Position numbers and translations under genes: made by a program | From: an uncultured Ruminococcus sp. | GTDB lineage: Bacteria; Bacillota; Clostridia; Oscillospirales; Ruminococcaceae | Direction of reading: 5' to 3' | DNA length: 64,000 nt | Assembly (NCBI GenBank): GCA_944386525.1 | Contig: CALXBL010000001.1 | Location: forward strand, 16,724-80,723 | The notes under the pieces: generated by a model | The model's database searches: none | Seen by the model: only the letters and a program-made list of their open reading frames with translations | What the model was told of the DNA's origin: nothing | In this document: positions 27,517 to 37,276 of the stretch, in pieces | Position numbering within the stretch: the first letter of the stretch is position 1 | Layout of the letters: the number at the start of each line of letters is the position of its first letter

Positions 27517-27960
27517 ATGCTTAAAAATATCCCACCTATACTCTCACCGGAACTTCTGAAAATACTCATGGAAATGGGTCATGGCGATGAGATCGTTATT
27601 GCCGACGGAAACTTCCCCGGTGCCGCTGTCGCACAGAGACTTGTTAGACTCGACGGCCACGGCGTACCGGAAATACTCTCTGCCATTATGAAATTTTTTC
27701 CGCTTGATTCATATACGGACAAACCCGTGGCTCTTATGGAAGTAGTCAATGGTGATCCTGTCTCTCCGACTATATGGGATACATACAAGGAGATAATCTC
27801 AGAATATGAACCAGAAAAATGCAGAATCGAGTTTGTTGAAAGATTCGATTTCTACGAAAGAGCCAAAAAGGCTTACGCTGTAATAGCTACGGGCGAGACT
27901 GCAATATACGCAAACATCATTCTGAAAAAAGGCGTTGTTCTGCCGGAGGATAAGGCATGA
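27517..27960 (+). CDS. fucU: L-fucose mutarotase (RbsD/FucU family)
   Basis: MLKNIPPILSPELLKILMEMGHGDEIVIADGNFP is the characteristic FucU N-terminus. 147 aa. Confidence 0.88.
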   Translation: MLKNIPPILSPELLKILMEMGHGDEIVIADGNFPGAAVAQRLVRLDGHGVPEILSAIMKFFPLDSYTDKPVALMEVVNGDPVSPTIWDTYKEIISEYEPEKCRIEFVERFDFYERAKKAYAVIATGETAIYANIILKKGVVLPEDKA

Positions 27961-29429
27961 TGCGCCACGTACTCGCCTTCGACTTCGGAGGCAGCTCGGG
28001 ACGTGCTGTTCTCGCACACTTCGATGGAGCTAAAATAGAACTTGAGGAAATACACCGCTTTGAAAATAATCCCGTTATGGCAGGCGGAAGACTCTACTGG
28101 GATGTACTGAGACTTCTCCATGAGCTTAAAACAGGTATCGTGAGAGCTGTGCACATATGTAAAGTTGAATGTATCGGAATAGATACGTGGGGCGTTGACT
28201 TCGGTCTGCTGGATGCCTCTGGTCAGCTCCTGAGCAATCCGTCTCACTACCGTGATACCAAGAATCAGGGTTATACTGAAAAAGCAAATTCTGTTATGTG
28301 CCGCGAGGAGCTCTACGCAGAAACCGGCACTCAGATAATGGATATAAATACCCTGTTCCAGCTTCTGTCACTCTATGATATGAGACCTGAAATATTAGAG
28401 GCTGCCGATAAGCTGCTGCCTATGCCAGACCTGCTCGGCTGTTTCCTGACAGGAAAATGCACCTGCGACCGCTCAATGGCAAGCACCACTTCTATGATGG
28501 ATATATCTTCCCGAAAGTGGTCGGAAAAGATAACAAAGGCTTTTGATATAGACAGCCGTATCCTGCCGGATATAACCGAAAGCGGTACTATCAAAGGCAG
28601 TCTCTCGCCTGAAGTATGTCAGGAACTGGAGATAGAGCCTATACCCGTTGCAGCTGTATGCGGTCACGATACTCAATGTGCTGCATTTGCCGCTCCGTCA
28701 AAGCCAGGCAGCGATACTATTTTTATAAGCTGCGGTACATGGTCACTGTTCGGCACTGAACTCCCAGAGCCTATACTCACAGAAGAATCTGCAAGACTCG
28801 GTCTGTCAAATGAGGTCGGATTCGGCGGAAAGATAACTTATCTCAAAAACATCATAGGTCTTTGGCTCATTCAGGAGACAAGACGCTATCTCCACAGCAG
28901 TGGCAAAAGCTACTCCTACGCCGACCTTGAAACTATGGCTCTTGAGGCTGAACCACTGAGATTCTTCATAGACCCCGACGATCCGGTATTCGTTCCGCCC
29001 GGAAATATCCCTAAGCGTATACAGGAATACTGCGAAAAAACAAATCAGGGCATCCCGCAGTCCACAGGCTCAATAGTGCGCTGCATCTACGAGAGCCTTG
29101 CACTGAAGTACAAAATGGCTCTGGAAGAGATTCGAATCTGCACAGGAAAGGAATTTTCCGCTATACACATGCTTGGCGGAGGAACTAAAGACAGGCTGCT
29201 CTGTCAAATGACCGCCGATGTTTGTGCTCTGCCGGTATACGCCGGACCTAAAGAAGCTACAGTCTACGGCAATGCAGCAATGCAGCTTATGGCGATAGGT
29301 GCTATCGTAAATGAAAACTATGCAAAAAAAGTCATAGCAGAATCAGAGCCTGTTACTATCTATGTACCTCGTGATGACTGGTATGATGCATATGAGCGAT
29401 TTAAAGATATTATAAAAAATAAAAAATGA
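27957..29429 (+). CDS. fucK: FGGY-family sugar kinase (rhamnulokinase-like), L-fuculokinase by operon context
   Basis: VLAFDFGGSSGRAVLAHFDG...HRFENNPV..GGRLYWDV resembles the RhaB type. It has an ATGA overlap with the fucU stop, indicating translational coupling. Substrate assignment is by context only. Confidence 0.65.
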   Translation: MMRHVLAFDFGGSSGRAVLAHFDGAKIELEEIHRFENNPVMAGGRLYWDVLRLLHELKTGIVRAVHICKVECIGIDTWGVDFGLLDASGQLLSNPSHYRDTKNQGYTEKANSVMCREELYAETGTQIMDINTLFQLLSLYDMRPEILEAADKLLPMPDLLGCFLTGKCTCDRSMASTTSMMDISSRKWSEKITKAFDIDSRILPDITESGTIKGSLSPEVCQELEIEPIPVAAVCGHDTQCAAFAAPSKPGSDTIFISCGTWSLFGTELPEPILTEESARLGLSNEVGFGGKITYLKNIIGLWLIQETRRYLHSSGKSYSYADLETMALEAEPLRFFIDPDDPVFVPPGNIPKRIQEYCEKTNQGIPQSTGSIVRCIYESLALKYKMALEEIRICTGKEFSAIHMLGGGTKDRLLCQMTADVCALPVYAGPKEATVYGNAAMQLMAIGAIVNENYAKKVIAESEPVTIYVPRDDWYDAYERFKDIIKNKK

Positions 29430-29456
29430 ATCCTATGAAAGTGAGGAAAACTTAAA

Positions 29457-31259
29457 ATGAGTTACCCAAAAATTGGTATACGTCCTGTTATTGACGGCAG
29501 ACAGTTTGGCGTTCGTGAAAGTCTCGAAAACCAGACTATGAATATGGCAAAAGCTGCAAAAGAGCTTATTGAAAAGAACGTATTCTATCCCGATGGCACT
29601 CCTGTACAGTGCGTGATTGCTCCATCTACAATAGGCGGCGGTGCAGAAGCTTTTGCTGCTGAAGAATTCTTCCAGACTCAGAATGTTGTTGCTACTCTCT
29701 CTGTAACTCCATGCTGGTGCTACGGCAGTGAAACTATGGACCTCAATCCAACGACTATCAAGGCTGTTTGGGGCTTCAACGGCACTGAGCGCCCCGGTGC
29801 AGTTTATCTGGCTGCGTGTATGGCAGCTCATGCTCAGAAGGGTCTGCCTGCATTCTCCATCTACGGTCACGATGTTCAGGATATGGGCGATACCTCAGTT
29901 CCCTCTGACGTTCAGGAGAAGATAATCCGCTTTGCTAAGTGTGCTGTTGCTGTAGGCGTTATGAGAAATAAGGCTTATGTAAACCTTGGTAGTGTCTCCA
30001 TGGGTATCGCCGGTTCTCAGTGCAACCCAGACTTTCTCCAGAATTACCTTGGCATCCGTGCAGAATATGTAGACCTGGTGGAGATACTCCGCCGCATGAA
30101 GCTCGAAATATATGACAAAGACGAATACACTAAGGCTTTGGCATGGGTAAAGGAAAACTGCAAGCTCGGCTTCGATGTAAACGAAGAAACTCCTATCGAC
30201 AAGGAGATAGATCCGTTTGGTATCAAGATCCCACGCACTCCTGAGGAAAAGGACAAAGAATGGGAGTTTATAGTAAAATTCACCCTCATTGTACAGGATA
30301 TTTTCTTCGGCAACCCAAAGCTCAGAGAAATGGGCTGGAAGGAAGAATCAAACGGCAGAAACGCTGTCCTGGGCGGTTTTCAAGGTCAGAGAATGTGGAC
30401 CGACTGGCTGCCTAACGGCGACTTTACCGAGGCAATCCTCAACTCCAGCTTCGACTGGAACGGCAAGAAAGAGCCAACAATCCTTGCAACTGAAAACGAC
30501 GGTCTAAACGGCGTTGCAATGCTCTTCGGCAAGCTGCTCACAGGCGGTGCATCAATATTTGCAGACGTCCGCACATACTGGAGTCCCGAGGCTGTTGAAC
30601 GTGTGACCGGTGTAAAACCCTCAGGCAAGGCTGCCGGCGGTTTCATTCACCTTATCAACAGCGGTGCCGCTGCTCTCGATGGCACAGGTGCATCAAAGGA
30701 CGAAAGCGGCAATGCCTGCATGAAGAAATGGTGGGATGTCACTGACGAGGACATCAAGGCTATGCTCGATGTTACCGACTGGTGTCCTGCAAATCTTGGC
30801 TACTTCCGTGGCGGCGGATTCTCCTCTCACTTCCGCACACGTGCTGAGATGCCCGTTACTATGATACGTCTCAACATCTTAAACGGCAATCAGCCTTTTC
30901 TCCAGATCGCTGAGGGATACACTGTCGACCTGCCTGATGAAATACACACTCCTCTCGACCTGCGCACCGATAAGGCATGGCCTACAACTTGGTTCGTTCC
31001 CACCACTACAGGCGAGGGTGCATTCCGTGATGTATACAGCGTAATGGCAAACTGGGGCGCAAACCACGGCTGTCTGGCATATGGCCACATCGGCGCAGAC
31101 CTTATAACTCTGGCAAGTATGCTACGCATACCTGTTTCAATGCACAACGTTCCCGATGAAAAGATATATCGTCCTCACACATGGGCTGCTTTCGGCACAA
31201 AGGATCCTGAATCAGCTGACTACCGTGCCTGTGAGGCTTATGGTCCGATCTATAAGTAA
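29457..31259 (+). CDS. fucI: L-fucose isomerase
   Basis: 600 aa. The N-terminus is [21 protein letters not shown] and typical FucI features run through to the C-terminus (ANWGANHG...[18 protein letters not shown]). Confidence 0.92.
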   Translation: MSYPKIGIRPVIDGRQFGVRESLENQTMNMAKAAKELIEKNVFYPDGTPVQCVIAPSTIGGGAEAFAAEEFFQTQNVVATLSVTPCWCYGSETMDLNPTTIKAVWGFNGTERPGAVYLAACMAAHAQKGLPAFSIYGHDVQDMGDTSVPSDVQEKIIRFAKCAVAVGVMRNKAYVNLGSVSMGIAGSQCNPDFLQNYLGIRAEYVDLVEILRRMKLEIYDKDEYTKALAWVKENCKLGFDVNEETPIDKEIDPFGIKIPRTPEEKDKEWEFIVKFTLIVQDIFFGNPKLREMGWKEESNGRNAVLGGFQGQRMWTDWLPNGDFTEAILNSSFDWNGKKEPTILATENDGLNGVAMLFGKLLTGGASIFADVRTYWSPEAVERVTGVKPSGKAAGGFIHLINSGAAALDGTGASKDESGNACMKKWWDVTDEDIKAMLDVTDWCPANLGYFRGGGFSSHFRTRAEMPVTMIRLNILNGNQPFLQIAEGYTVDLPDEIHTPLDLRTDKAWPTTWFVPTTTGEGAFRDVYSVMANWGANHGCLAYGHIGADLITLASMLRIPVSMHNVPDEKIYRPHTWAAFGTKDPESADYRACEAYGPIYK

Positions 31260-31266
31260 TAAATCA

Positions 31267-31295
31267 ACCGTCTGTTCCGGCGTGGAACAGACGGT
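31267..31295. terminator. Bidirectional intrinsic terminator
   Basis: Perfect 12-bp stem, ACCGTCTGTTCC / GGAACAGACGGT, followed by TTTTCTGTTT, between convergent stops at 31259 and 31333. Confidence 0.8.
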
Positions 31296-31332
31296 TTTCT
31301 GTTTAATTATGATATTATGAGCTTTGTCCCTG

Positions 31333-34300
31333 TCACATCATCTCAAGAGCATCTGAAAGAGGAAGTACAGGTAAATCAAGCACAAGAAAACGTAAAATAA
31401 GCTGAGCGTCAACAGCATTTATACGCATATTCTCATCACAGTCAGAATTCATAAGTGCCTCTTCATTGAGTATTATGAAGTCAGCTATATACTTATTTAC
31501 CGTCAAAAGATCTTTCATTGAAATAATGCCGTCGAGATTTACATCTCCGTATTCCACATCAGATGAACCCGATTGATAGCCGCTAAGCAGAGTCTCACAC
31601 TGACCGTCGCCATCGGTATCTGCATATATCACCATATTTCCATCTGTATCAGCACTTATAAGAACAGCCGTATACATACTTCCATCAGGTAGACTTTCAA
31701 GCGTCCTGCTTGTACTTCCTGCAATTATAACAGCACCCTCAAGACTGTCACCCTGTAAAAGCAGTCCTTGCTCAATATTTTCTGCAGAAAATGCTCCGCA
31801 GCCTGTTCCGCTTACCGATATGCTCTCCCAAGGAAGCTCTGTTTCCGCAGTGATGGAAAACTCGTACGAACTATTGTTTCCCATAATTGTTGTTTCACCG
31901 TTGGCCATCATAAATATCTGTTCTGCATTGTCAGCACGTACTGAAATAAGGCAGTCTTCATACGACATCTGATATACGACCGTCTCAGCAGACAACGGCT
32001 TAATAATATAACCTTCCGCCAGATAGTCCAGTCCTGCACGTTTATGCGTCACCATAGACGCAATTGTGCTGAACCAGTTAAGCTCAGTGCTTGCTTTATC
32101 TTCGATATCATCAGTTCCTATAGGAGTAAGCGTAAACTCGGAACTGTCTGCCGGAACTTCGATAATGGGTACATATGGGTGCTCACTCACAAGTGAGTCT
32201 GTTCCCATGAAATAACCGCCTGTATTCATGGTAGAAAGGGAATTTGAAGCAAGTCCTATCCTGTATCCCCCTGAGGAACTCATGTTCCACATCGGAACGC
32301 TCCATTCAAGAGTGCTGCTGCTGAAGTAGAGACATGCCTCATGCGAAAAAGCTTCAAGATAAGGATCAGCCACAAGTATTCTGCCGTCGTAAGTCTTATC
32401 GCCAAGCTTCCATAAGCCATATTCCACATCGTATGCAATGGCTGCATGGGCATAATTTTCTCCGAAGAATGCTGCTATTGCCATATTTCCGCCTTTTCCG
32501 GCAGCGGCTGCCTGGTCGATAAGGTTACTCAGCACCGACTTCTGCGTCATATATGCACTTGTCCAGGCAATCTCCTGCTGCACTGCATCAGTCTCCTGTA
32601 GCAGCTGATAATACGATATGATTGACAGATTTCTCTCGTCGTCAAGATTTAGATTATATATCGTATCGGCACTCGGATCCCACATGGAAACATCAAAAAC
32701 TCCGCTTTTTGCAAGTATCTCTGTAACAGCCATACCATACTCAGCTCCAAGCCATTCGCTTTCCTCAACATTTTGTATTCGCACACGCTCCATCGCACTG
32801 AGAGATGCATTCAGATTTTCAGCGTGCTCCTCCATAAGTCCATAGCCATTTTCTATGTACTGTAAGCCAAGATAATCATACGCCATAGACCAGTTATCTG
32901 TTCCCCATTCAAATTCTTGTCTTGCAGTACTTGCAGTTGTTGTCATAGTTGACAATTCTGTGGATGCAGCTGTGGTTGTTGAAGATGTTGTCTTTTTTGT
33001 GGTTGCTGTGGTTTTGGTTGACTCGGCAGTCGTAATTGAAGTGATTCCGGAACTGATTGAAGATGTAGATTTTCTCGTTGTAGACGAAGTTGAAGATGTA
33101 GTAGTCTTTGCTGCTGACGAAGTAGTTGTTGCTTTTGTCGCTGTTGTAGTTACGGTGGTAGTAGTGGTAGTTGCTTTAGTGGTGGCGGTTGACGCTTTGG
33201 TAGTGGTCGTTGCTTTTGCGGTTGTTGTTGACGCTTTGGCAGTAGTAGTTGCTTTAGTGGTGGTGGTTGACGCTTTGGTAGTAGTCGTTGCTTTTGTGTT
33301 GGTGGTTGACGCTTTGATACTGGTAGTTGAAGCTTTGGTAGTTGTGGTGGTTGTCGTCGTTGTTGTTGTTTCCTGAGGCTCCATAACTACATATATCTGG
33401 CTGTTCATCAGAAGCGGAAACTCATCACTTTCAAATATGTCTGCATAATAGCTGCTCATACCGTCGGTGTTGAAATACATGGGGAATGCATAGTAATCAC
33501 CAAGTTCAGAACTGTTTTGCAGAGTCAAGCCATACTTCTCAGCAACATCCTCAACTGTTTTGTAATCTGCTGCATCCATAAGAAATGAGATGATGGGACT
33601 ATAGTCCGAACAGATTATACCGCTTGAGGCAGTGGCACTGATAACAGCAGTACATATAAGCTGTTGTTCATTCACGTGTGATGTGCAGCCAACTACAGGC
33701 AGAGCATTTCCCATATCATATGATTCTGTATCATAGCTAAGGCTGAATATCTCCTCAGCCGCCGGGCACAAATCCGCATTCATGCTTATGCCGTAAGATT
33801 CCGGAATACCTGCCTGCATCATAGTTATCGGGATATCAGTCTGTCCGGGATATGCAACAACAGGCTCCAGTATCAACCTTGGAAGCTTTGAAGGATCGTA
33901 TCCATATTTGTTGAGCAGTTCTACGTCATTTATCACAACTCCCAGAACAGCGCCATTTTCTGAAGACATATCAAGCTCCGGAATTATCCACTTTCCGCTG
34001 CTGCTGTCAAAATAAATGCCGCTGCTATCAGAAAACTCTGTATTCCCGGGATCGGCGGCAAGTATACGACTTGTATAGTCGCTTCCCGACCAGTTCCATT
34101 CTCCGCTTTCAACACCGTATATCAATAGTGTGACAGGCTGACTTTCCGCATTTTTGAAAACTCTGAGCAAAGCTGTCCCCGTCTGAACGGCAGAAACAGT
34201 CTTGTCAAGCACAGCTGAAGCATCATTTTCTGCTATGGCCGCATTGTCGAGCGCTGCGATATCGTCTGTATATTGCAGCATATTGTAATAATTTATCCAG

Positions 34301-34692
34301 CTGACAAGAGCGTCCTTGCGCACAGGAGCCTCCGTTTCATGAAGAGATGACGCCGTATTGGAAATTTCGTCAACACTCCAGACACCATTATAGCAGAGCA
34401 GCGTCAGCAGTGACATACCATATGAAATATCACTAAGCGGACTTGCGAGAGCTGTTTTTATCCTTTCTGTCTCTGTTTCACCGAACTGAGTAAGCAGTTT
34501 CTGTCTCAGCGTTGTGGTGACATACGGGTTTTCTCCGTCTATCAGCTCATCTGAGGAAAATCCCCATGTATCTTCGCTGTATGTAAATGTATCATCTGCC
34601 GCATATGAATCAAGACTCATATAAGCGGAAAGATCCATGCTCCCTGCCAACAAGCACACAACTGTAATTATTGCAAATATATTTCTCCTCAT
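31333..34692 (-). CDS. Large secreted dockerin-bearing protein of unknown function with two paralogous halves of about 400 aa separated by a Thr-rich linker
   Basis: A signal peptide (MRRNIFAIITVVCLLAGSMDLSAYM) and a C-terminal type I dockerin (GDVNLDGIISMKDLLTVNKYI...NAVDAQLILRFLV). The internal duplication is described in the findings. I chose the start at ATG 34692 (AAAGGTG RBS) rather than GTG 34704. Confidence 0.75.
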   Translation of the reverse strand: MRRNIFAIITVVCLLAGSMDLSAYMSLDSYAADDTFTYSEDTWGFSSDELIDGENPYVTTTLRQKLLTQFGETETERIKTALASPLSDISYGMSLLTLLCYNGVWSVDEISNTASSLHETEAPVRKDALVSWINYYNMLQYTDDIAALDNAAIAENDASAVLDKTVSAVQTGTALLRVFKNAESQPVTLLIYGVESGEWNWSGSDYTSRILAADPGNTEFSDSSGIYFDSSSGKWIIPELDMSSENGAVLGVVINDVELLNKYGYDPSKLPRLILEPVVAYPGQTDIPITMMQAGIPESYGISMNADLCPAAEEIFSLSYDTESYDMGNALPVVGCTSHVNEQQLICTAVISATASSGIICSDYSPIISFLMDAADYKTVEDVAEKYGLTLQNSSELGDYYAFPMYFNTDGMSSYYADIFESDEFPLLMNSQIYVVMEPQETTTTTTTTTTTKASTTSIKASTTNTKATTTTKASTTTTKATTTAKASTTTAKATTTTKASTATTKATTTTTTVTTTATKATTTSSAAKTTTSSTSSTTRKSTSSISSGITSITTAESTKTTATTKKTTSSTTTAASTELSTMTTTASTARQEFEWGTDNWSMAYDYLGLQYIENGYGLMEEHAENLNASLSAMERVRIQNVEESEWLGAEYGMAVTEILAKSGVFDVSMWDPSADTIYNLNLDDERNLSIISYYQLLQETDAVQQEIAWTSAYMTQKSVLSNLIDQAAAAGKGGNMAIAAFFGENYAHAAIAYDVEYGLWKLGDKTYDGRILVADPYLEAFSHEACLYFSSSTLEWSVPMWNMSSSGGYRIGLASNSLSTMNTGGYFMGTDSLVSEHPYVPIIEVPADSSEFTLTPIGTDDIEDKASTELNWFSTIASMVTHKRAGLDYLAEGYIIKPLSAETVVYQMSYEDCLISVRADNAEQIFMMANGETTIMGNNSSYEFSITAETELPWESISVSGTGCGAFSAENIEQGLLLQGDSLEGAVIIAGSTSRTLESLPDGSMYTAVLISADTDGNMVIYADTDGDGQCETLLSGYQSGSSDVEYGDVNLDGIISMKDLLTVNKYIADFIILNEEALMNSDCDENMRINAVDAQLILRFLVLDLPVLPLSDALEMM
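32950..33380. repeat. Degenerate tandem repeats (about 21 bp) encoding a Thr-rich K-A-[ST]-T-T-T-T linker
   Basis: The protein segment reads TTTTTTTTTTKASTTSIKASTTNTKATTTTKASTTTTKATTTAKASTTTAKATTTTKASTATTKATTTTTT... The region coincides with the stop-free antisense ORF at 32960-33376. Confidence 0.8.
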
Positions 34693-34739
34693 TATACAAC
34701 ACACCTTTACATATCATATATTGTAAAAAATACAAATTT

Positions 34740-34768
34740 ATTTTATCACTTTTGAATATAATTGTCAA
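34740..34768 (-). promoter_or_regulatory. Sigma-A promoter for the dockerin-protein gene
   Basis: TTGACA (34768-34763), a 17-nt spacer, then TAAAAT (34745-34740). Confidence 0.55.
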
Positions 34769-34799
34769 GATATACAATGTAAATTTTATAAATACGAAA

Positions 34800-34829
34800 A
34801 GTGCACCCACGAAAATACGCAAGTGCACT
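34800..34829 (-). terminator. Intrinsic terminator after the lysozyme-like gene
   Basis: On the minus strand, AGTGCAC - 16-nt loop - GTGCACT, followed by TTTTCGTATTT, just after the stop at 34843. Confidence 0.5.
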
Positions 34830-34842
34830 CTATATGGATTAT

Positions 34843-37017
34843 TCAGTTTTCCTGGGAAACGCTCTGTTTTTTGGCAGCCAGCACAGACTTCATCGAAACA
34901 ACTCCTGCACCGTCTTCGTTTTCTTTAATTGTTATTTCTGTTCCCTCAGATCTTATTGAGCCTTCCTCATTATGTGCTGTTACAGTTAATACATATTCAC
35001 CCGCTTTGAGTATAAGCTTATCAGAACAGCCCTTTACACTCCGCTTTTGCTTTATAGTCTCGCCTGTTTCAGCGTCTTTTATTACATAGGAGTATCTGTC
35101 GGCTGTATTGCTCTTCTCCCATTTGAATGAAAGCTCCATTGGATTTGAGCTTATTTCAAGCTCGACGTACGGCCTTTCAGGCAAAGCCTTAACTTCAAAC
35201 TCTGTCTCATCACTTTCAGTCCATTCGCCTGTTACCTTACTTTTAGCTGCAATAACTGCTGAATATTTTCCCTCGGGGAGAAGGATATCCGCCTCATTAT
35301 CATTATCTCTTATATTGAGAGTAGCTGTAACATCACCGCTCTCGTCCATAACTTTAAGAGTATATCCATCAACCGAATCTGCCTTTGTCCATGCAAAAAT
35401 TACCGGTTCTGAAATTCCTCCCGATGCATCTGCACCTAAAACAGGTTTTTGAAGAACATAGTCTTTTATCTCAAATTTCTGCCCACTTAAAGCACCATAT
35501 TCACTCACTTTATACGCAGCTTGTTCAGCCGCAGACAGCACCAATTCCTTTTCAGAGCTTTCAAGTATATATCCCTGCTCCTGACTGCCGTATATTACCC
35601 ATGTCTCCTCTTCATTCTGAAGAGAAGCAATATTCTCATCATCTGATGTCAGTGTTTTACCGCTGTCGTATGCGCTTATCTTATAACTGCCATCATCGCA
35701 TCTTACAAATTTCCAAAGCTGATTTGTCTCATAGTCTGCCGCTCCGCTTTTCACTTCCAGATCGTCGGTAACTGTGAGATACTGCTTTTCATTATTCCAC
35801 GATATCTTAGCCGTAAACTCATCACCAAGATCGGCTGTCTCCTGCTGCTCGATGGTAAATTTAACAGGATCACTCTCGGTATATCCGCATTCATTCACCG
35901 ATTCCACTACTGCTGCATATTCGCCCGATTTAAGACTAACACTGCACTGAGTCTCTGTTATATTGCCCACCACACGTACCGGCGTACCATCGACACTGCT
36001 GCCGCGATATATTTTCAGCCTGTATGAATCAGCTCCCTCAGCCGGCTCCCAGCTGAAGTCCGTGACAGATGGTGCAGCGTCATAATAAGCCCAAAGCTCC
36101 TCGGATGCCTTTGCAGGTGTAAATTCCTCTATATTAAAGCATTGAGAGCTTGCATTTGTGCCGTCCTGAAGCTGCAGATCTCCAGCCTGAGATACTCCAA
36201 GCACCTGACCTGAATTTTCCTCCTCAAGGATATAGCCATTATCATTCTTTACAAAATGCCATTTATATTTATTTCCGTCTATTGAAAGCGGTTGACCTGT
36301 AACTGCATTTTCAGCCTCGTATGTACACGTTCCGGTGCGGGTAAATTTCCACACCTCCGCCTGCTCACCAGACCTGTATACAGTTGCTCCCCTTTCTCCC
36401 TGAGCAAGATAATTTCCTGTTTCAGCGTTAGTAAGGCTTATATAAAGCTCCTCGCCCATCATTTCAGCAGTAACAGGCGCATAACCCATAAACTCCGGAT
36501 AATAAAAATCCCTTGCAAGTTCAGCTCTTGGAACAACATACTTCCTGCTGCACACCTCATACTCGGTCGCCCAGAAATATGCCGCATCATATGCACCCTC
36601 AGCCGTATCAGGAATACACGTAAGCAGATAGTCATAATAGCCGCTGTAAGCTCCTGTAAGATCATTTTCTATGTATGCAAGCTGACCCTCAAGAGTATCA
36701 TACCCATATCCGTTCGACTGACAGAAAGACTTCAGATCCTCAAATCTGGAGCCGTTCCACTGCATGAGACCATAGCTTATCTTTCCGTTGGTATCAACGC
36801 ATGACGCAGTCGGAATAAACGAACTCTCTTTATATATATTTGCCATAAGTCCGCTGGCGGATGCATGATTAAGCCCTAAGTCGTCGGTAAGGAACTGATA
36901 TACATACACATCGTTTGCAATATCCTGTCCGTAAGCCTCAAACGGCGGTATCATCGAAACTGATAACACAATGCTCACAGGCAGTGATATTATAGTTTTA
37001 TAACTTAACTTTTTCAT
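34843..37017 (-). CDS. Secreted multidomain protein: N-terminal lysozyme-like (phage-tail-lysozyme type) domain, two ricin-type beta-trefoil lectin modules and three Fn3-like modules
   Basis: A signal peptide, then GLMANIYKESSFIPTA...YGLMQWNGSRFEDLKSFC...LEGQLAYIENDL (lysozyme-like, recalled from memory). Beta-trefoil motifs EVWKF / YKWHF / QCFNI and QLWKF / ETWVIY / QKFEI follow. Fn3-like modules each carry D[SGR]Y.L[KV] strands. There is no dockerin or wall anchor. Confidence 0.6.
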   Translation of the reverse strand: MKKLSYKTIISLPVSIVLSVSMIPPFEAYGQDIANDVYVYQFLTDDLGLNHASASGLMANIYKESSFIPTASCVDTNGKISYGLMQWNGSRFEDLKSFCQSNGYGYDTLEGQLAYIENDLTGAYSGYYDYLLTCIPDTAEGAYDAAYFWATEYEVCSRKYVVPRAELARDFYYPEFMGYAPVTAEMMGEELYISLTNAETGNYLAQGERGATVYRSGEQAEVWKFTRTGTCTYEAENAVTGQPLSIDGNKYKWHFVKNDNGYILEEENSGQVLGVSQAGDLQLQDGTNASSQCFNIEEFTPAKASEELWAYYDAAPSVTDFSWEPAEGADSYRLKIYRGSSVDGTPVRVVGNITETQCSVSLKSGEYAAVVESVNECGYTESDPVKFTIEQQETADLGDEFTAKISWNNEKQYLTVTDDLEVKSGAADYETNQLWKFVRCDDGSYKISAYDSGKTLTSDDENIASLQNEEETWVIYGSQEQGYILESSEKELVLSAAEQAAYKVSEYGALSGQKFEIKDYVLQKPVLGADASGGISEPVIFAWTKADSVDGYTLKVMDESGDVTATLNIRDNDNEADILLPEGKYSAVIAAKSKVTGEWTESDETEFEVKALPERPYVELEISSNPMELSFKWEKSNTADRYSYVIKDAETGETIKQKRSVKGCSDKLILKAGEYVLTVTAHNEEGSIRSEGTEITIKENEDGAGVVSMKSVLAAKKQSVSQEN

Positions 37018-37259
37018 ATTATATCAATATTCTCCTATTGTTAATCCTATAACAAATATCTGTGCTTATGTTAATAACCCACAGCTTTACTTGGCATAAT
37101 TATATATCAGTTTGTAACAGTTGTCAATAGCCTTAACCACATTTTCCATTATTTTTCACATTACGCTGACACAATCCTCACCTTTTGGGAAAATGCATGA
37201 GCTCAGGCTAATTCAGCAGGAAACTGCCGGCAGGAAGATTTCATAAAAATTTTTTATAT

Positions 37260-37274
37260 CTTATTGCGAATAAG
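37260..37274. promoter_or_regulatory. Perfect 6-3-6 palindrome CTTATTGCGAATAAG abutting the -35 box of the rubrerythrin promoter (candidate Fur/PerR-family operator)
   Basis: The palindrome is read directly from the sequence. It ends 2 nt before the -35 hexamer. The regulator assignment is inference. Confidence 0.35.
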
Positions 37275-37276
37275 TA

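Noticed and set aside
32950-33380. Highly regular short repeats that at first glance could suggest a CRISPR-like or satellite array. The same applies to 50756-51034.
   Set aside because: The repeats have 9-21-bp periods and lie in frame inside long ORFs, encoding a Thr-rich linker and G-X-T collagen triplets. There are no unique spacers, no 25-40-bp direct repeats and no cas genes in the window.
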